64,000 bases of DNA from Escherichia coli (GCF_009931435.1 NZ_CP043414.1); one strand, 5' to 3'; shown: positions 1-12,508, numbered from the stretch's first letter. The notes: generated by a model from the letters alone, not told the origin. Program-made: numbers and translations.

Positions 1-492
1 ATAGGAATGGCGGCGCGTTACGCGTGGTTAAATCGCGTGACAATTGCCGAAATGGTGCGCGTATGTCTTGCCAATCTCTTTCATCAGGACAATTCGCATC
101 TGGTGGTGGATGTGCCACATAACATCATCCTTCGCGAGCATGAAATGAATATTCATCGCAAAGGCGCAACACCGGCACGAGTGGGCAATCTGGCGTTAAT
201 CCCCGGTTCAATGGGCGATTATTCGTGGCTTGCGGTTGGTTGCGGCAACCCGGAGTGGCTGTGGTCATGCAGTCACGGAGCAGGACGCAGCCAGCGTCGG
301 CAGGCCATGCGCTCACGCGCGACTGAAGAGTCAACGCTGCCGTGGCAATGCGTCACATTGCGCGAAGAACGACGTCTTGAAGAAGCGCCAGCGGCTTATA
401 AAGATATTGGTCCGGTTATCGAAGCCCAACAAGAAGCCGGATTAATTCAGCCTGTGGTCAGATTTCGACCGTGGTTAACGTTTAAGGCATAA
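1..492 (+). CDS. RtcB-family RNA ligase-like protein, C-terminal 161 codons (5' end lies outside the window)
   Basis: ORF 7..492 in frame from window start; contains IPGSMG and SHGAGR motifs, with the His about 72 residues from the C-terminus as expected for the RtcB GMP-attachment histidine; ends convergent with sucD. Confidence 0.55.
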   Translation: MGMAARYAWLNRVTIAEMVRVCLANLFHQDNSHLVVDVPHNIILREHEMNIHRKGATPARVGNLALIPGSMGDYSWLAVGCGNPEWLWSCSHGAGRSQRRQAMRSRATEESTLPWQCVTLREERRLEEAPAAYKDIGPVIEAQQEAGLIQPVVRFRPWLTFKA

Positions 493-496
493 AAAA

Positions 497-514
497 GGCC
501 ATCATACGATGGCC
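497..514 (-). terminator. intrinsic terminator hairpin (ggccatc-atac-gatggcc) followed on the minus strand by a U-run; ends the sucABCD transcript
   Basis: perfect 7-bp stem with 4-nt loop at 497-514 flanked by aaaaaa at 491-496 on the plus strand. Confidence 0.6.
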
Positions 515-589
515 AACCATGTCGAAACCGACAGCCCTTCGCCATTCCTGTAGAGGGAAGCGGCGAGGGCTATTTCTTATTACAGATAT
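497..589 (-). ncRNA. sdhX: candidate 3'UTR-derived sRNA of sucD (SdhX/RybD position)
   Basis: position between sucD stop codon and the terminator; assignment from established K-12 knowledge, sequence identity not verified. Confidence 0.35.
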
Positions 590-1459
590 TTATTTCAGAA
601 CAGTTTTCAGTGCTTCACCGATATCCGCCAGGCTGCGAACGGTTTTCACGCCTGCGGCTTCCAGAGCAGCGAATTTCTCATCCGCAGTCCCTTTCCCACC
701 GGCAATGATGGCACCCGCGTGGCCCATACGTTTGCCTTTCGGCGCAGTTACACCAGCGATGTAACCTACAACTGGCTTGGTAACGTGCTCTTTGATGTAC
801 GCAGCCGCTTCTTCTTCAGCGCTACCGCCGATCTCACCGATCATCACGATCGCTTCGGTCTGCGGATCTTTTTCGAACATTTCGAGGATGTCGATAAAGT
901 TAGAGCCAGGGATCGGGTCGCCGCCGATACCGACACAGGTCGACTGACCGAAACCGTAATCCGTGGTCTGTTTAACCGCTTCATAGGTGAGTGTACCGGA
1001 ACGGGAAACGATACCCACTTTACCCGGTTTGTGAATGTGACCCGGCTGGATACCGATTTTGCATTCACCCGGAGTGATAACGCCCGGGCAGTTCGGGCCG
1101 ATCATACGAACGCCTGCTTCATCCAGTTTCACTTTCACGGTCAGCATATCCAGCGTCGGGATGCCTTCAGTGATGGTGATAATCAGTTTGATACCTGCGT
1201 CGATGGCTTCCAGAATGGAGTCTTTGCAGAACGGAGCCGGTACGTAGATAACAGAAGCGGTAGCGCCAGTGGCAGCAACGGCTTCACGCACGGTGTTGAA
1301 CACCGGCAGACCGAGGTGGGTAGTACCGCCTTTACCTGGGGTTACGCCGCCAACCATTTTAGTGCCGTATGCAATGGCCTGTTCAGAGTGGAAAGTCCCC
1401 TGGCTACCAGTAAAGCCCTGGCAGATAACCTTGGTGTTTTTATCAATTAAAATGGACAT
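590..1459 (-). CDS. sucD: succinyl-CoA synthetase alpha subunit
   Basis: 289-aa ORF starting [33 protein letters not shown], recognised. Confidence 0.97.
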
Positions 1460-2625
1460 TATTTCCCCTCCACTGCGGCAACAACCTGCTGAGCTGCATC
1501 CGTCAGACCTTTTGCTGCAATAATATTCAGGCCGCTGTCAGCCAGTTTCTTCGCGCCGAGTTCGGCGTTGTTACCTTCCAGACGTACCACGACCGGTACG
1601 TTAACACCCACTTCCGCTACCGCGCCGATGATACCGTCAGCGATCAGGTCGCAACGAACGATACCACCGAAGATGTTAACCAGAACGGCTTTCACTTTGT
1701 CGTCAGAGAGGATGATTTTGAACGCTTCGGTTACACGTTCTTTGGTTGCGCCACCGCCAACGTCCAGGAAGTTAGCTGGTTCGCCACCGTGCAGTTTAAC
1801 GATGTCCATGGTACCCATCGCCAGACCTGCGCCGTTAACCATACAACCGATGTTACCGTCCAGCGCAACGTAGTTCAGTTCCCACTGTGCAGCCTGTGCT
1901 TCACGTGGATCTTCCTGCGACTGGTCGCGCATTTCGCGCAGATCAGGCTGGCGGAACAGTGCGTTGCCATCAGCACCCAGTTTACCGTCGAGGCAGATCA
2001 GATCGCCCTGTTTGGTGATGACCAGCGGGTTGATTTCGATCAACGCCAGGTCGCGCTCCAGGAAAATGGTCGCCAGGCCCATGAAGATTTTGGTGAACTG
2101 CTGAACCAGTTTACCTTCCAGACCCAGTTTGAACGCCAGCTCGCGTCCCTGATACGGCATCGGGCCAGTCAGCGGATCAAGCGCAACTTTGTGGATCAGG
2201 TGCGGAGTTTCTTCCGCCACTTTTTCGATTTCCACGCCGCCTTCGGTGGAGGCCATAAAGACCACGCGACGGGAACTACGGTCTACAACGGCACCAAGAT
2301 ACAGCTCTTTAGCGATATCGGTCGCTGCTTCAACCAGAATCTGGTTAACCGGTTGGCCATTAGCATCTGTTTGATACGTTACCAGACGCTTGCCCAGCCA
2401 GTTTTCTGCAAAAGCACGGATGTCTTCTTTGCTGTTTACAACTTTCACACCGCCCGCTTTACCGCGGCCACCAGCGTGAACCTGACATTTCACTACCCAC
2501 GGACCGGCACCGATTTTTGAAGCGGCTTCTTCTGCTTCGCGCGGAGTAGTACAGGCATAACCCACCGGTGCTGGTAAGCCATAGCGGGCAAACAGTTGTT
2601 TTGCCTGATATTCATGTAAGTTCAT
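1459..2625 (-). CDS. sucC: succinyl-CoA synthetase beta subunit
   Basis: 388-aa ORF starting [20 protein letters not shown]; stop/start overlap with sucD. Confidence 0.97.
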
Positions 2626-2707
2626 GTGTTCTGTCCATCCTTCAGTAATCGTTATCTTTTAAACCGTAGACCGAATATTTCGTATCGCTTCCGGGTATTG
2701 TCGGTCA

Positions 2708-2790
2708 CCCGTAGGCCTGATAAGACGCGTCAGCGTCGCATCAGGCTTCAATTGCCGGAGAAAGCGATAATGCCTCATCCGGTCTACAGT
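2708..2790. repeat. REP (repetitive extragenic palindrome) elements in sucB-sucC spacer
   Basis: gtaggcctgataagacgcgtcagcgtcgcatcaggc palindromic unit. Confidence 0.5.
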
Positions 2791-2809
2791 GCAGGTGAAA
2801 CTTAAACTA

Positions 2810-4027
2810 CTACACGTCCAGCAGCAGACGCGTCGGATCTTCCAGCAACTCTTTGATCGTTACCAGGAAACCCACGGACTCGCGACCATCGATCAGACGG
2901 TGATCGTAGGACAGCGCCAGGTACATCATCGGCAGGATCTCAACCTGACCATTCACTGCCATCGGACGATCTTTGATAGCGTGCATACCCAGAATTGCGC
3001 TCTGCGGCGGGTTGATGATAGGCGTAGACATCAGGGAACCGAACACACCACCGTTGGTGATGGTAAAGTTACCACCGGTCAGATCTTCAACCGTCAGCTT
3101 GCCGTCACGGCCTTTAACTGCCAGCTCTTTAATTTTCTTCTCGATGTCTGCCATGCCGAGGGTATCGACATCACGCAGAACCGGCGTCACCAGGCCACGC
3201 GGCGTAGATACCGCCATGCTGACGTCGAAATAGTTGTGGTAAACCACATCATCGCCGTCGATAGAAGCATTCACTTCCGGGTAACGTTTCAGGGCTTCAA
3301 CCACCGCTTTCACGTAGAAGGACATAAAGCCCAGACGGATGCCGTGACGTTTTTCAAACGCTTCACCATACTGCTTACGCAGATCCATAATCGGCTTCAT
3401 GTTGACTTCATTGAACGTGGTCAGCATGGCGGTGGAGTTTTTCGCTTCCAGCAGACGCTCTGCCACACGCTTACGCAGGCGAGTCATCGGAACACGTTTT
3501 TCGCTACGTGCAGCCAGAGCCGGTTGCGCCGCCGTAGCAGCTGCTGCCGGTGCAGACTCTTTCGCCGGGGCTTTCGCCAGATGTTTTTCCACATCTTCAC
3601 GGGTCAGACGACCACCTACACCGGTGCCTTTAATGGCGCTGGCATCAAGATTGTGTTCAGCCAAAAGGCGACGGATCGCAGGGCTTAACGCATCGTTGTT
3701 TTGCTCTTCCAGAGACGCCTGTTGGCGTTGTGCCGGAGTTGACGCTTTCTCTTCAGATTTGGCGCTGGTTTCTTTACCGGCGCTGTTGCCTTCACGCAGG
3801 CGACCAAGGATCTGACGAGACGTTACGGTTGTACCTTCATCTTCCAGAACCGCATCCAGAATGCCGTCTGCTGATGCCGGTACTTCCAGTACCACTTTGT
3901 CAGTTTCGATTTCTACCAGCACTTCATCACGTACGACTGCGTCGCCGGGTTTTTTATGCCAGGTTGCGACGGTGGCATCGGCTACGGATTCAGGCAGGTC
4001 AGGGACCAGAATATCTACGCTACTCAT
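2810..4027 (-). CDS. sucB: 2-oxoglutarate dehydrogenase E2 (dihydrolipoyl succinyltransferase)
   Basis: 405-aa ORF starting [26 protein letters not shown]. Confidence 0.97.
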   Translation of the reverse strand: MSSVDILVPDLPESVADATVATWHKKPGDAVVRDEVLVEIETDKVVLEVPASADGILDAVLEDEGTTVTSRQILGRLREGNSAGKETSAKSEEKASTPAQRQQASLEEQNNDALSPAIRRLLAEHNLDASAIKGTGVGGRLTREDVEKHLAKAPAKESAPAAAATAAQPALAARSEKRVPMTRLRKRVAERLLEAKNSTAMLTTFNEVNMKPIMDLRKQYGEAFEKRHGIRLGFMSFYVKAVVEALKRYPEVNASIDGDDVVYHNYFDVSMAVSTPRGLVTPVLRDVDTLGMADIEKKIKELAVKGRDGKLTVEDLTGGNFTITNGGVFGSLMSTPIINPPQSAILGMHAIKDRPMAVNGQVEILPMMYLALSYDHRLIDGRESVGFLVTIKELLEDPTRLLLDV

Positions 4028-4041
4028 TGTGTATCCTTTAT

Positions 4042-6843
4042 TTATTCGACGTTCAGCGCGTCATTAACCAGATCTTGTTGCTGTTTCTGGTGAACGGACA
4101 TATACCCTACCGCCGGAGAGGCGGAGGCCGGGCGGCCTGCATAACGCAGAGAAGCCCCAAACGGAATCACTTCACGGAAATGATGCTGGCTGCAGTACCA
4201 TGCGCCCTGGTTGAGCGGCTCTTCCTGGCACCAGACAAAATCCTTGACGTGAGCAAACTGCTGCAACACTTCCTGCATCGCTTTATGCGGGAACGGGTAG
4301 AGTTGCTCGATACGCACAATGGCGACATCGTGTTGATTGTTCTTACGGCGTTGTTCCAACAGGTCGTAATAAACCTTACCAGAACACATCACTACGCGCT
4401 TCACACCCTTAGGATCAAGCTCGTCGATTTCACCAATGGCAGGCAGGAAGGTGCCGTTCGCCAGTTCTTCGAGGCTGGAAACCGCCAGCGGATGACGCAG
4501 CAGGGATTTCGGCGACATCACCACCAGCGGACGACGCATCCCGCGCAGCGCCTGACGACGCAGCATATGGTAAACCTGTGCCGGGGTAGACGGTACGCAC
4601 ACCTGCATGTTTTGTTCAGCACAAAGTTGCAGATAACGTTCCAGACGCGCGGAGGAGTGCTCCGGCCCCTGCCCTTCATACCCGTGCGGCAGCAGCATTA
4701 CCAGACCACACATCCGGCCCCATTTCTGTTCGCCAGAGGAGATGAACTGGTCGATAACCACCTGCGCACCGTTAGCGAAGTCACCAAACTGCGCTTCCCA
4801 GATGGTCAGCGTACGCGGCTCTGCGGTGGCATAACCGTATTCAAACGCCAGCACTGCTTCTTCAGACAGTACGGAGTCCCAGACGCGGAACGCGCCCTGG
4901 CCATTATGGATATGTTGCAGCGGCGTGTAAGTGGAACCGTTGGACTGGTTGTGGATCACCGCATGGCGATGGAAGAAGGTACCGCGACCGGAGTCTTCAC
5001 CCGACAGGCGGACCGGAATGCCTTCATCAACCAGCGTGGCGTAAGCGAGGTTTTCCGCGCCGCCCCAGTCGAACAGTTTCTCACCGGCAGCCATTGCCTG
5101 GCGATCGCCATAAATCTTGGCAACGCGAGACTGCATTTCAACCGCTTCCGGCACCGTACTGATACGTTTCGCCAGTTCCTGCAGGCGCTTCATCTCAACT
5201 TTGTTCGGGTACTCTTCGTCCCATTCGTGGTTGAGGTACGGCGACCAGGTGAAAGAGTGCATGTTCATCGGACGCCACTCTGCTACCACGCAATCGCCAG
5301 CATCCAGCGCATCGCGGTACAGGTTAACCATCTCGGTGGCATCTTCCAGCGTCGCGACTTTTTCCTGCTCCAGCTTGTCAGCGTAGATTTTGCGCGGCGT
5401 CGGATGTTTTTTGATTTTCTGATACATCAGCGGCTGAGTTGCACTCGGCTCGTCGGCTTCGTTGTGGCCGTGACGGCGGTAGCACACCAGGTCGATGAAG
5501 ACATCACGTTTAAAGGTGTTACGGAAATCGAGCGCCAGACGGGTCACAAAGGCAACGGCTTCCGGATCATCCGCATTAACGTGGAAAATCGGTGCCTGTA
5601 CCATCTTGCCGATATCAGTACAGTACGGCGTAGAACGGGCATCCAGCGGGTTAGAGGTAGTGAAACCGACCTGGTTGTTGATAACGATACGTACCGTACC
5701 GCCAACTTCATAACCACGCGCTTTCGACATGTTCAGGGTTTCCTGAACCACGCCCTGCCCGGTCACTGCGGCATCACCGTGGATGGTGATTGGCAGCACT
5801 TTGTTGCTGCTCGGCTCATCGAGTCTGTCCAGACGGGCGCGAACAGAACCGATAACTACCGGGCTTACAATCTCAAGGTGAGACGGGTTAAACGCCAGCG
5901 CCAGGTGAACCAGGCCGCCATCGGTCTGGAAGTCAGACGAGAAGCCCATGTGGTATTTCACGTCGCCCGTGCCGAGGTGTTCTTTATGTTTACCGGCAAA
6001 TTCGTCGAACAAATCTTGCGGTTTTTTACCCAGCACGTTAACCAGCACGTTCAGACGACCACGGTGCGCCATCCCAAGAACCACTTCACGGGTGCCGCTG
6101 TTGCCAGCATGGCGGATCATCTCTTTAAGCATCGGGATTAACGCATCACCGCCTTCCAGCGAGAAGCGTTTTGCGCCAGGGAATTTTGCGCCGAGGTAAC
6201 GTTCAAGGCCTTCAGCGGCGGTCAGTTCGCTTAAGAAGCGTTTTTTCTCTTCGCTATTGAAAGTCGCGCGACCAGACTCGATACGCTGTTGGATCCAGCG
6301 TTTTTCTTCGGTGCTGGTAATGTGCATGTACTCGGCACCAATCGGGCCGCAGTAGGTTTGCTTGAGGGCTTCCAGCAGCTCGCCGAGTTTCATGGTTTCT
6401 TTGCCGCTGGCAAATGAACCGACGTTGAAGGTCTCCTGGAAGTCTGCTTCGGTCAGATCGTGGAAAGACGGATCCAGATCGGCCACTTTATCTTGCTGCC
6501 ACAGTCCCAGCGGATCGAGATTCGCATGCTGGTGACCGCGGAAGCGGTATGCGTTAATGAGCTGCAGGACTTTAACCTGCTTCACATTGGTGTCAGGGTC
6601 GGAGATCGTTGAAGAGTAACGTGAAGCGTCTTTCGCCAGGCGGCGGAAATATTCACGCGTTTGAGAGTGGAATTGATCCGGTTTGACTCCCGTACCAGGT
6701 AACTGCTGGAACGTCGAACGCCAGTTAGCGTCAACCGAGTCAGGATCGGTTAAGAAGTCTTCATAGAGCTGTTCTATCCAGCTCTGGTTTGCGCCAGAGA
6801 GGTAAGAAGAGTCCAACCAGGCTTTCAAAGCGCTGTTCTGCAT
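4042..6843 (-). CDS. sucA: 2-oxoglutarate dehydrogenase E1
   Basis: 933-aa ORF starting [30 protein letters not shown]. Confidence 0.97.
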   Translation of the reverse strand: MQNSALKAWLDSSYLSGANQSWIEQLYEDFLTDPDSVDANWRSTFQQLPGTGVKPDQFHSQTREYFRRLAKDASRYSSTISDPDTNVKQVKVLQLINAYRFRGHQHANLDPLGLWQQDKVADLDPSFHDLTEADFQETFNVGSFASGKETMKLGELLEALKQTYCGPIGAEYMHITSTEEKRWIQQRIESGRATFNSEEKKRFLSELTAAEGLERYLGAKFPGAKRFSLEGGDALIPMLKEMIRHAGNSGTREVVLGMAHRGRLNVLVNVLGKKPQDLFDEFAGKHKEHLGTGDVKYHMGFSSDFQTDGGLVHLALAFNPSHLEIVSPVVIGSVRARLDRLDEPSSNKVLPITIHGDAAVTGQGVVQETLNMSKARGYEVGGTVRIVINNQVGFTTSNPLDARSTPYCTDIGKMVQAPIFHVNADDPEAVAFVTRLALDFRNTFKRDVFIDLVCYRRHGHNEADEPSATQPLMYQKIKKHPTPRKIYADKLEQEKVATLEDATEMVNLYRDALDAGDCVVAEWRPMNMHSFTWSPYLNHEWDEEYPNKVEMKRLQELAKRISTVPEAVEMQSRVAKIYGDRQAMAAGEKLFDWGGAENLAYATLVDEGIPVRLSGEDSGRGTFFHRHAVIHNQSNGSTYTPLQHIHNGQGAFRVWDSVLSEEAVLAFEYGYATAEPRTLTIWEAQFGDFANGAQVVIDQFISSGEQKWGRMCGLVMLLPHGYEGQGPEHSSARLERYLQLCAEQNMQVCVPSTPAQVYHMLRRQALRGMRRPLVVMSPKSLLRHPLAVSSLEELANGTFLPAIGEIDELDPKGVKRVVMCSGKVYYDLLEQRRKNNQHDVAIVRIEQLYPFPHKAMQEVLQQFAHVKDFVWCQEEPLNQGAWYCSQHHFREVIPFGASLRYAGRPASASPAVGYMSVHQKQQQDLVNDALNVE

Positions 6844-7002
6844 CGTGATCCCTTAAGCATCTTTTTTATGCTTACTTCGCCGTGGATACTACCACGCACA
6901 GTGATGTGCGTGCCGGGGTTCACTTGCGAGCTCTTGTCTACGTAGTGGCTCGCGAAGGAACCTTTAAAAACTGTCTTAGTGTCAGGGGCAGTTTTTAAAG
7001 AT

Positions 7003-7283
7003 TTCCTGCATTTCTTTTGTAGGCCGGATAACGCATTCACGCTGCATCCGGCGCTGTTTGCCTGATGCGACGCTTGCGCGTCTTATCAGGCCTACGATTC
7101 CTGCATTTCTTTTGTAGGCCGGATAACGCATTCACGCCGCATCCGGCCCTGGTTGCCTGATGCGACGCTTGCGCGTCTTATCAAGCCTACGATTTCTGCA
7201 TTTCTTTTGTAGGCCGGATAAGGCGTTCACGCCGCATCCGGCACTGGTTGCCTGATGCGACGCTTGTGCGTCTTATCAGGCCT
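7003..7283. repeat. tandem BIME/REP array, three copies of a ~95-bp unit each with two inverted REPs
   Basis: unit ttcctgcatttcttttgtaggccggataacgcattcacgc...ctgatgcgacgcttgcgcgtcttatcaggcctacga seen three times in the sdhB-sucA spacer. Confidence 0.75.
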
Positions 7284-7287
7284 GGGT

Positions 7288-8004
7288 TTACGCATTACGC
7301 TGCAACAACATCGACTTGATATGGCCGATGGCGCGCGTCGGGTTCAGCCCCTTCGGACATACACTGACGCAGTTCATGATGCTGTGACAGCGGAATACGC
7401 TGAATGCATCGCTCAAACCGTCGAGGCGGCTGTCAGTCTCGGTATCACGGCTATCGATCAGGAAACGATATGCCGCTAACAAGCCTGCCGGGCCGATAAA
7501 CTTATCGGGATTCCACCAGAAAGACGGACAAGAGGTTGAACAACATGCGCAGAGAATACATTCATACAGCCCGTCGATTTTTTCGCGCTGCTCTGGCATC
7601 TGTAAATGCTCACGAGCTGGCGGATTTTGTCCATTATTCAACAGGTAAGGCTTAATTTTCTCATATTGCGCATAGAATTGTCCCATGTCTACCACCAAAT
7701 CGCGGATCACTGGTAAACCTGGCAGCGGGCGAATCACAATCTTCTTGCCCGGCTGGTTGAGTGCCGAAATCGGGGTAATACAGGCCAGACCATTCTTGCC
7801 GTTCATGTTCAGACCGTCGGAACCGCACACACCTTCACGGCAGGAGCGACGGAACGACAGGCTGGGATCTTTCTCTTTCAACTGGATAAGCGCATCCAGC
7901 AGCATCATGTCGCGACCTTCTTCCGCTTCCAGGGTGTAATCCTGCATACGCGGAGCATCATCAACATCCGGGTTATAGCGATAAATTGAAAACTCGAGTC
8001 TCAT
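7288..8004 (-). CDS. sdhB: succinate dehydrogenase iron-sulfur subunit
   Basis: 238-aa ORF starting MRLEFSIYRYNPDVDDAPRMQDYTLEA. Confidence 0.97.
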   Translation of the reverse strand: MRLEFSIYRYNPDVDDAPRMQDYTLEAEEGRDMMLLDALIQLKEKDPSLSFRRSCREGVCGSDGLNMNGKNGLACITPISALNQPGKKIVIRPLPGLPVIRDLVVDMGQFYAQYEKIKPYLLNNGQNPPAREHLQMPEQREKIDGLYECILCACCSTSCPSFWWNPDKFIGPAGLLAAYRFLIDSRDTETDSRLDGLSDAFSVFRCHSIMNCVSVCPKGLNPTRAIGHIKSMLLQRNA

Positions 8005-8019
8005 TTTCCTGTCTCCGCA

Positions 8020-9786
8020 TTAGTAAGTACGAATCTTCGGCGGGAATGCCGGGCGCAGTTTCGGTTCCATGTTGACGCTTCGGCGCGTCATGGATTCCGA
8101 CTCTGGCAGATACAGGGAGTGGCACAGCCAGTTTTCATCATCACGATCCGGGAAGTCGAAGCGGCTATGCGCGCCACGGCTTTCGGTACGGAAGTTGGCA
8201 GAAACAGCCGTTGCATACGCCGTTTCCATCAGGTTATCCAGTTCCAGGCATTCAACGCGCTGGGTGTTGAACTCGCTGGAAGTGTCATCCAGACGGGCAT
8301 TTTTCAAACGCTCGCGGATCACTTTCAACTGCTCAAGCCCTTTTGCCATCGCATCACCTTCACGGAAGACCGAGAAGTTATGCTGCATACATTCTTGCAG
8401 TGCTTTACGAATCGCCACTGGATCTTCACCATTACGGTTGTTGTTCCAGCGATTCAGACGATCCAGAGACGCTTCAACATCAGACTCGCTGGCATCGCGC
8501 AGTGCGCCCTGCTCGGCAATAGACTCTTGCAGATGCAGGCCCGCTGCGCGACCAAAGACCACCAGGTCCAGCAGCGAGTTGCCGCCAAGACGGTTAGCGC
8601 CGTGTACCGATACACAAGCGATTTCACCTACCGCGAACAGCCCCGGAACAACCACATCTTCGCCTTTCTCGTTCACCGTCAGCGCCTGACCGGTCACTTT
8701 GGTCGGAATACCGCCCATCATGTAGTGACAGGTTGGGATAACCGGAATCGGCTCTTTCACCGGATCGACGTGTGCGAAGGTACGGGAGAGTTCAAGGATA
8801 CCCGGCAGACGGGATTCGAGAACTTCTTTACCCAGGTGGTCGAGTTTCAGTTTTGCATGTGGCCCCCATGGACCATCACAGCCGCGACCTTCACGGATTT
8901 CGATCATGATGGAACGCGCCACCACGTCACGGCCCGCCAGATCTTTGGCATTCGGCGCATAACGCTCCATAAAGCGTTCGCCATGTTTGTTCAGCAGATA
9001 ACCGCCTTCACCACGGCAACCTTCGGTGACCAGTACGCCCGCACCTGCTATACCGGTCGGGTGGAACTGCCACATTTCCATATCCTGCACCGGTACACCT
9101 GCACGGATAGCCATGCCGACGCCATCTCCGGTGTTAATGTGCGCGTTGGTGGTGGACTGATAAATACGCCCTGCCCCGCCGGTTGCCAGCACAGTCGCAC
9201 GGGCTTTGAAGTAAACCACTTCACCGGTTTCGATGCACAGTGCGGTACAACCAACTACCGCGCCATCCTGGTTCTTCACCAGATCCAGCGCATACCACTC
9301 GGAGAAAATGGTGGTGTGGTTTTTCAGGTTCTGCTGATAAAGCGTGTGCAACAGTGCGTGACCGGTACGGTCAGCTGCCGCCGCAGTACGTGCCGCTTGC
9401 TCGCCACCGAAGTTTTTCGACTGGCCGCCAAACGGACGTTGATAGATACGACCATCATCAAGGCGCGAGAACGGCAGGCCCATGTGTTCCAGTTCCAGAA
9501 TCGCTTCCGGCCCGGTTTTACACATATATTCAATCGCGTCCTGGTCACCGATATAGTCCGACCCTTTTACGGTGTCGTACATATGCCATTCCCAGTTATC
9601 TTCATGGGTATTACCCAGCGCAACGGTAATGCCGCCTTGCGCAGAAACGGTATGGGAACGGGTCGGGAAGACTTTGGAGAGCAGCGCACAGGTTTGGCCG
9701 CTCTGGGAAATTTGCAGCGCCGCGCGCATACCTGCGCCACCGGCACCAATCACAACTGCATCAAATTCTCTGACTGGCAATTTCAT
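8020..9786 (-). CDS. sdhA: succinate dehydrogenase flavoprotein subunit
   Basis: ORF 8020..9798; start taken at [24 protein letters not shown] (588 aa), FAD-binding GxGxxG motif. Confidence 0.95.
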   Translation of the reverse strand: MKLPVREFDAVVIGAGGAGMRAALQISQSGQTCALLSKVFPTRSHTVSAQGGITVALGNTHEDNWEWHMYDTVKGSDYIGDQDAIEYMCKTGPEAILELEHMGLPFSRLDDGRIYQRPFGGQSKNFGGEQAARTAAAADRTGHALLHTLYQQNLKNHTTIFSEWYALDLVKNQDGAVVGCTALCIETGEVVYFKARATVLATGGAGRIYQSTTNAHINTGDGVGMAIRAGVPVQDMEMWQFHPTGIAGAGVLVTEGCRGEGGYLLNKHGERFMERYAPNAKDLAGRDVVARSIMIEIREGRGCDGPWGPHAKLKLDHLGKEVLESRLPGILELSRTFAHVDPVKEPIPVIPTCHYMMGGIPTKVTGQALTVNEKGEDVVVPGLFAVGEIACVSVHGANRLGGNSLLDLVVFGRAAGLHLQESIAEQGALRDASESDVEASLDRLNRWNNNRNGEDPVAIRKALQECMQHNFSVFREGDAMAKGLEQLKVIRERLKNARLDDTSSEFNTQRVECLELDNLMETAYATAVSANFRTESRGAHSRFDFPDRDDENWLCHSLYLPESESMTRRSVNMEPKLRPAFPPKIRTY

Positions 9787-10133
9787 CACACACCCCACAC
9801 CACAACGAATCCATAAATCACGTAAACCACCAGTGCAACGACAATCACCAGTTGCAGCATCAGGCGCAAAGCCAGTGGTTTAACGTAGTCGGTCAACACC
9901 TGCCACATGCCGATCCAGGCATGGATCAAGATAGAAAACAGCGCCAGCAGGGTGAACACTTTGGTGAACGCAGAGGCGAAGAAACCAATCCAGACTTCAT
10001 ATGTCAGCTCGCCAGTGGTAGCGAAAAAACCGACCATATAAATGATGTAAAGCGTCAGGACGATAGCGGTAGCGCGAACGAGGATGAAATCATGTACGCC
10101 ATTGCGTCCTAATGCGGAGGCGTTGCTTACCAT
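9786..10133 (-). CDS. sdhD: succinate dehydrogenase membrane anchor subunit
   Basis: 115-aa hydrophobic [29 protein letters not shown]. Confidence 0.95.
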   Translation of the reverse strand: MVSNASALGRNGVHDFILVRATAIVLTLYIIYMVGFFATTGELTYEVWIGFFASAFTKVFTLLALFSILIHAWIGMWQVLTDYVKPLALRLMLQLVIVVALVVYVIYGFVVVWGV

Positions 10134-10516
10134 ACGAGGACTCCTGCGAGAAGTGAAAGCACGACAGTAATAACAAAGGAGATTTTGGCGGAGCGTTTAC
10201 CCGCTTCGAATGTTTCTTCCAGATAGCCAAAATCCATCATCATGTGGCGAATACCTACGACGACGTGATACGCCAGAGCGGTAAGGATGCCCCACATGAT
10301 AAATTTGACGAAGAAGCTGCCCATAATCGCGGAAGCTTGCTCGAAACCTTCAGGGGAAGAGAGGCTGGTACCCAGAAGCCACAGCAGGATGCCCACTGCA
10401 ACAAAGGTGATCACACCGGAAACGCGATGGAGAATGGACGCTATCGCCGTGACGGGGAACCGGATGGTCTGTAGGTCCAGATTAACAGGTCTTTGTTTTT
10501 TCACATTTCTTATCAT
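10127..10516 (-). CDS. sdhC: succinate dehydrogenase cytochrome b556 subunit
   Basis: start taken at [20 protein letters not shown] (129 aa) inside ORF 10127..10531. Confidence 0.93.
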   Translation of the reverse strand: MIRNVKKQRPVNLDLQTIRFPVTAIASILHRVSGVITFVAVGILLWLLGTSLSSPEGFEQASAIMGSFFVKFIMWGILTALAYHVVVGIRHMMMDFGYLEETFEAGKRSAKISFVITVVLSLLAGVLVW

Positions 10517-11224
10517 GAATAACGCCCACATGCTGTTCTTATTATTCCCTGGGGACTACGGGCACAGAGGTTAACTTTCTGTTACCTGGAGACGTCGGGA
10601 TTTCCTTCCTCCGGTCTGCTTGCGGGTCAGACAGCGTCCTTTCTATAACTGCGCGTCATGCAAAACACTGCTTCCAGATGCGAAAACGACACGTTACAAC
10701 GCTGGGTGGCTCGGGATTGCAGGGTGTTCCGGAGACCTGGCGGCAGTATAGGCCGTTCACAAAATCATTACAATTAACCTACATATAGTTTGTCGGGTTT
10801 TATCCCGAACAGTGATCTGGGTCACGATAACAACATTTATTTAATTTTTAATCATCTAATTTGACAATCATTCAACAAAGTTGTTACAAACATCACTAGG
10901 AAAAGCATATAATGCGTAAAAGTTATGAAGTCAGTATTTCACCTAAGATTAACTTATGTAACAGTGTGGAAGTATTGACCAATTCATTCGGGACAGTTAT
11001 TAGTGGTAGACAAGTTTAATAATTCGGATTGCTAAGTACTTGATTCGCCATTTATTCGTCATCAATGGATCCTTTACCTGCAAGCGCCCAGAGCTCTGTA
11101 CCCAGGTTTTCCCCTCTTTCACAGAGCGGCGAGCCAAATAACAAACGGGTAAAGCCAGGTTGATGTGCGAAGGCAAATTTAAGTTCCGGCAGTCTTACGC
11201 AATAAGGCGCTAAGGAGACCTTAA
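10517..11224. promoter_or_regulatory. divergent gltA / sdhCDAB promoter-regulatory intergenic region
   Basis: ~700-bp AT-rich spacer between divergently oriented gltA and sdhC; function from established knowledge, sites not mapped. Confidence 0.6.
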
Positions 11225-12508
11225 ATGGCTGATACAAAAGCAAAACTCACCCTCAACGGGGATACAGCTGTTGAACTGGATGTGCTGAAAGGCACGCTGG
11301 GTCAAGATGTTATTGATATCCGTACTCTCGGTTCAAAAGGTGTGTTCACCTTTGACCCAGGCTTCACTTCAACCGCATCCTGCGAATCTAAAATTACTTT
11401 TATTGATGGTGATGAAGGTATTTTGCTGCACCGCGGTTTCCCGATCGATCAGCTGGCGACCGATTCTAACTACCTGGAAGTTTGTTACATCCTGCTGAAT
11501 GGTGAAAAACCAACTCAGGAACAGTATGACGAATTTAAAACGACGGTGACCCGTCATACCATGATCCACGAGCAGATTACCCGTCTGTTCCATGCTTTCC
11601 GTCGCGACTCGCATCCAATGGCAGTCATGTGTGGTATTACCGGCGCGCTGGCGGCGTTCTATCACGACTCGCTGGATGTTAACAATCCTCGTCATCGTGA
11701 AATTGCCGCGTTCCGCCTGCTGTCAAAAATGCCGACCATGGCCGCGATGTGTTACAAGTATTCCATTGGTCAGCCATTCGTTTACCCGCGCAACGATCTC
11801 TCCTATGCCGGTAACTTCCTGAATATGATGTTCTCCACGCCGTGCGAACCGTATGAAGTTAATCCGATTCTGGAACGCGCGATGGACCGTATTCTGATCC
11901 TGCACGCTGACCATGAACAGAACGCCTCTACCTCCACCGTGCGTACCGCTGGCTCTTCGGGGGCGAACCCGTTTGCCTGTATCGCAGCAGGTATTGCTTC
12001 ACTGTGGGGACCAGCGCACGGTGGTGCTAACGAAGCGGCTCTGAAAATGCTGGAAGAAATCAGCTCCGTTAAACACATTCCGGAATTTGTTCGTCGTGCG
12101 AAAGACAAGAATGACTCTTTCCGCCTGATGGGCTTCGGTCACCGCGTGTACAAAAACTACGACCCGCGCGCCACCGTCATGCGTGAAACCTGCCACGAAG
12201 TCCTGAAAGAGCTGGGCACGAAGGATGACCTGCTGGAAGTGGCTATGGAGCTGGAAAACATCGCGCTGAACGACCCGTACTTTATCGAGAAGAAACTGTA
12301 CCCGAACGTCGATTTCTACTCTGGTATCATCCTGAAAGCGATGGGTATTCCGTCTTCCATGTTCACCGTGATCTTCGCTATGGCACGTACAGTTGGCTGG
12401 ATCGCCCACTGGAGCGAAATGCACAGTGACGGCATGAAGATTGCCCGTCCACGTCAGCTGTATACCGGCTATGAAAAACGCGATTTTAAAAGCGACATCA
12501 AACGTTAA
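11225..12508 (+). CDS. gltA: citrate synthase
   Basis: 427-aa [36 protein letters not shown]. Confidence 0.97.
   Translation: MADTKAKLTLNGDTAVELDVLKGTLGQDVIDIRTLGSKGVFTFDPGFTSTASCESKITFIDGDEGILLHRGFPIDQLATDSNYLEVCYILLNGEKPTQEQYDEFKTTVTRHTMIHEQITRLFHAFRRDSHPMAVMCGITGALAAFYHDSLDVNNPRHREIAAFRLLSKMPTMAAMCYKYSIGQPFVYPRNDLSYAGNFLNMMFSTPCEPYEVNPILERAMDRILILHADHEQNASTSTVRTAGSSGANPFACIAAGIASLWGPAHGGANEAALKMLEEISSVKHIPEFVRRAKDKNDSFRLMGFGHRVYKNYDPRATVMRETCHEVLKELGTKDDLLEVAMELENIALNDPYFIEKKLYPNVDFYSGIILKAMGIPSSMFTVIFAMARTVGWIAHWSEMHSDGMKIARPRQLYTGYEKRDFKSDIKR

Noticed and set aside
1-492. Possibility that the first ORF is mngR (the K-12 neighbour of sucD)
   Set aside because: Orientation is opposite to that expected for mngR, and the sequence has RtcB-type motifs rather than a GntR-type helix-turn-helix.
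2789-3688. 299-aa plus-strand ORF
   Set aside because: Antisense to sucB; low-complexity translation.
3730-6141. 803-aa plus-strand ORF
   Set aside because: Lies entirely antisense within sucA; translation is Arg/His/Leu-rich and low-complexity with no recognisable domain; typical long antisense frame of a high-GC, codon-biased gene.
8119-9816. 565-aa plus-strand ORF
   Set aside because: Antisense to sdhA across its whole length; no start context, no recognisable protein features.
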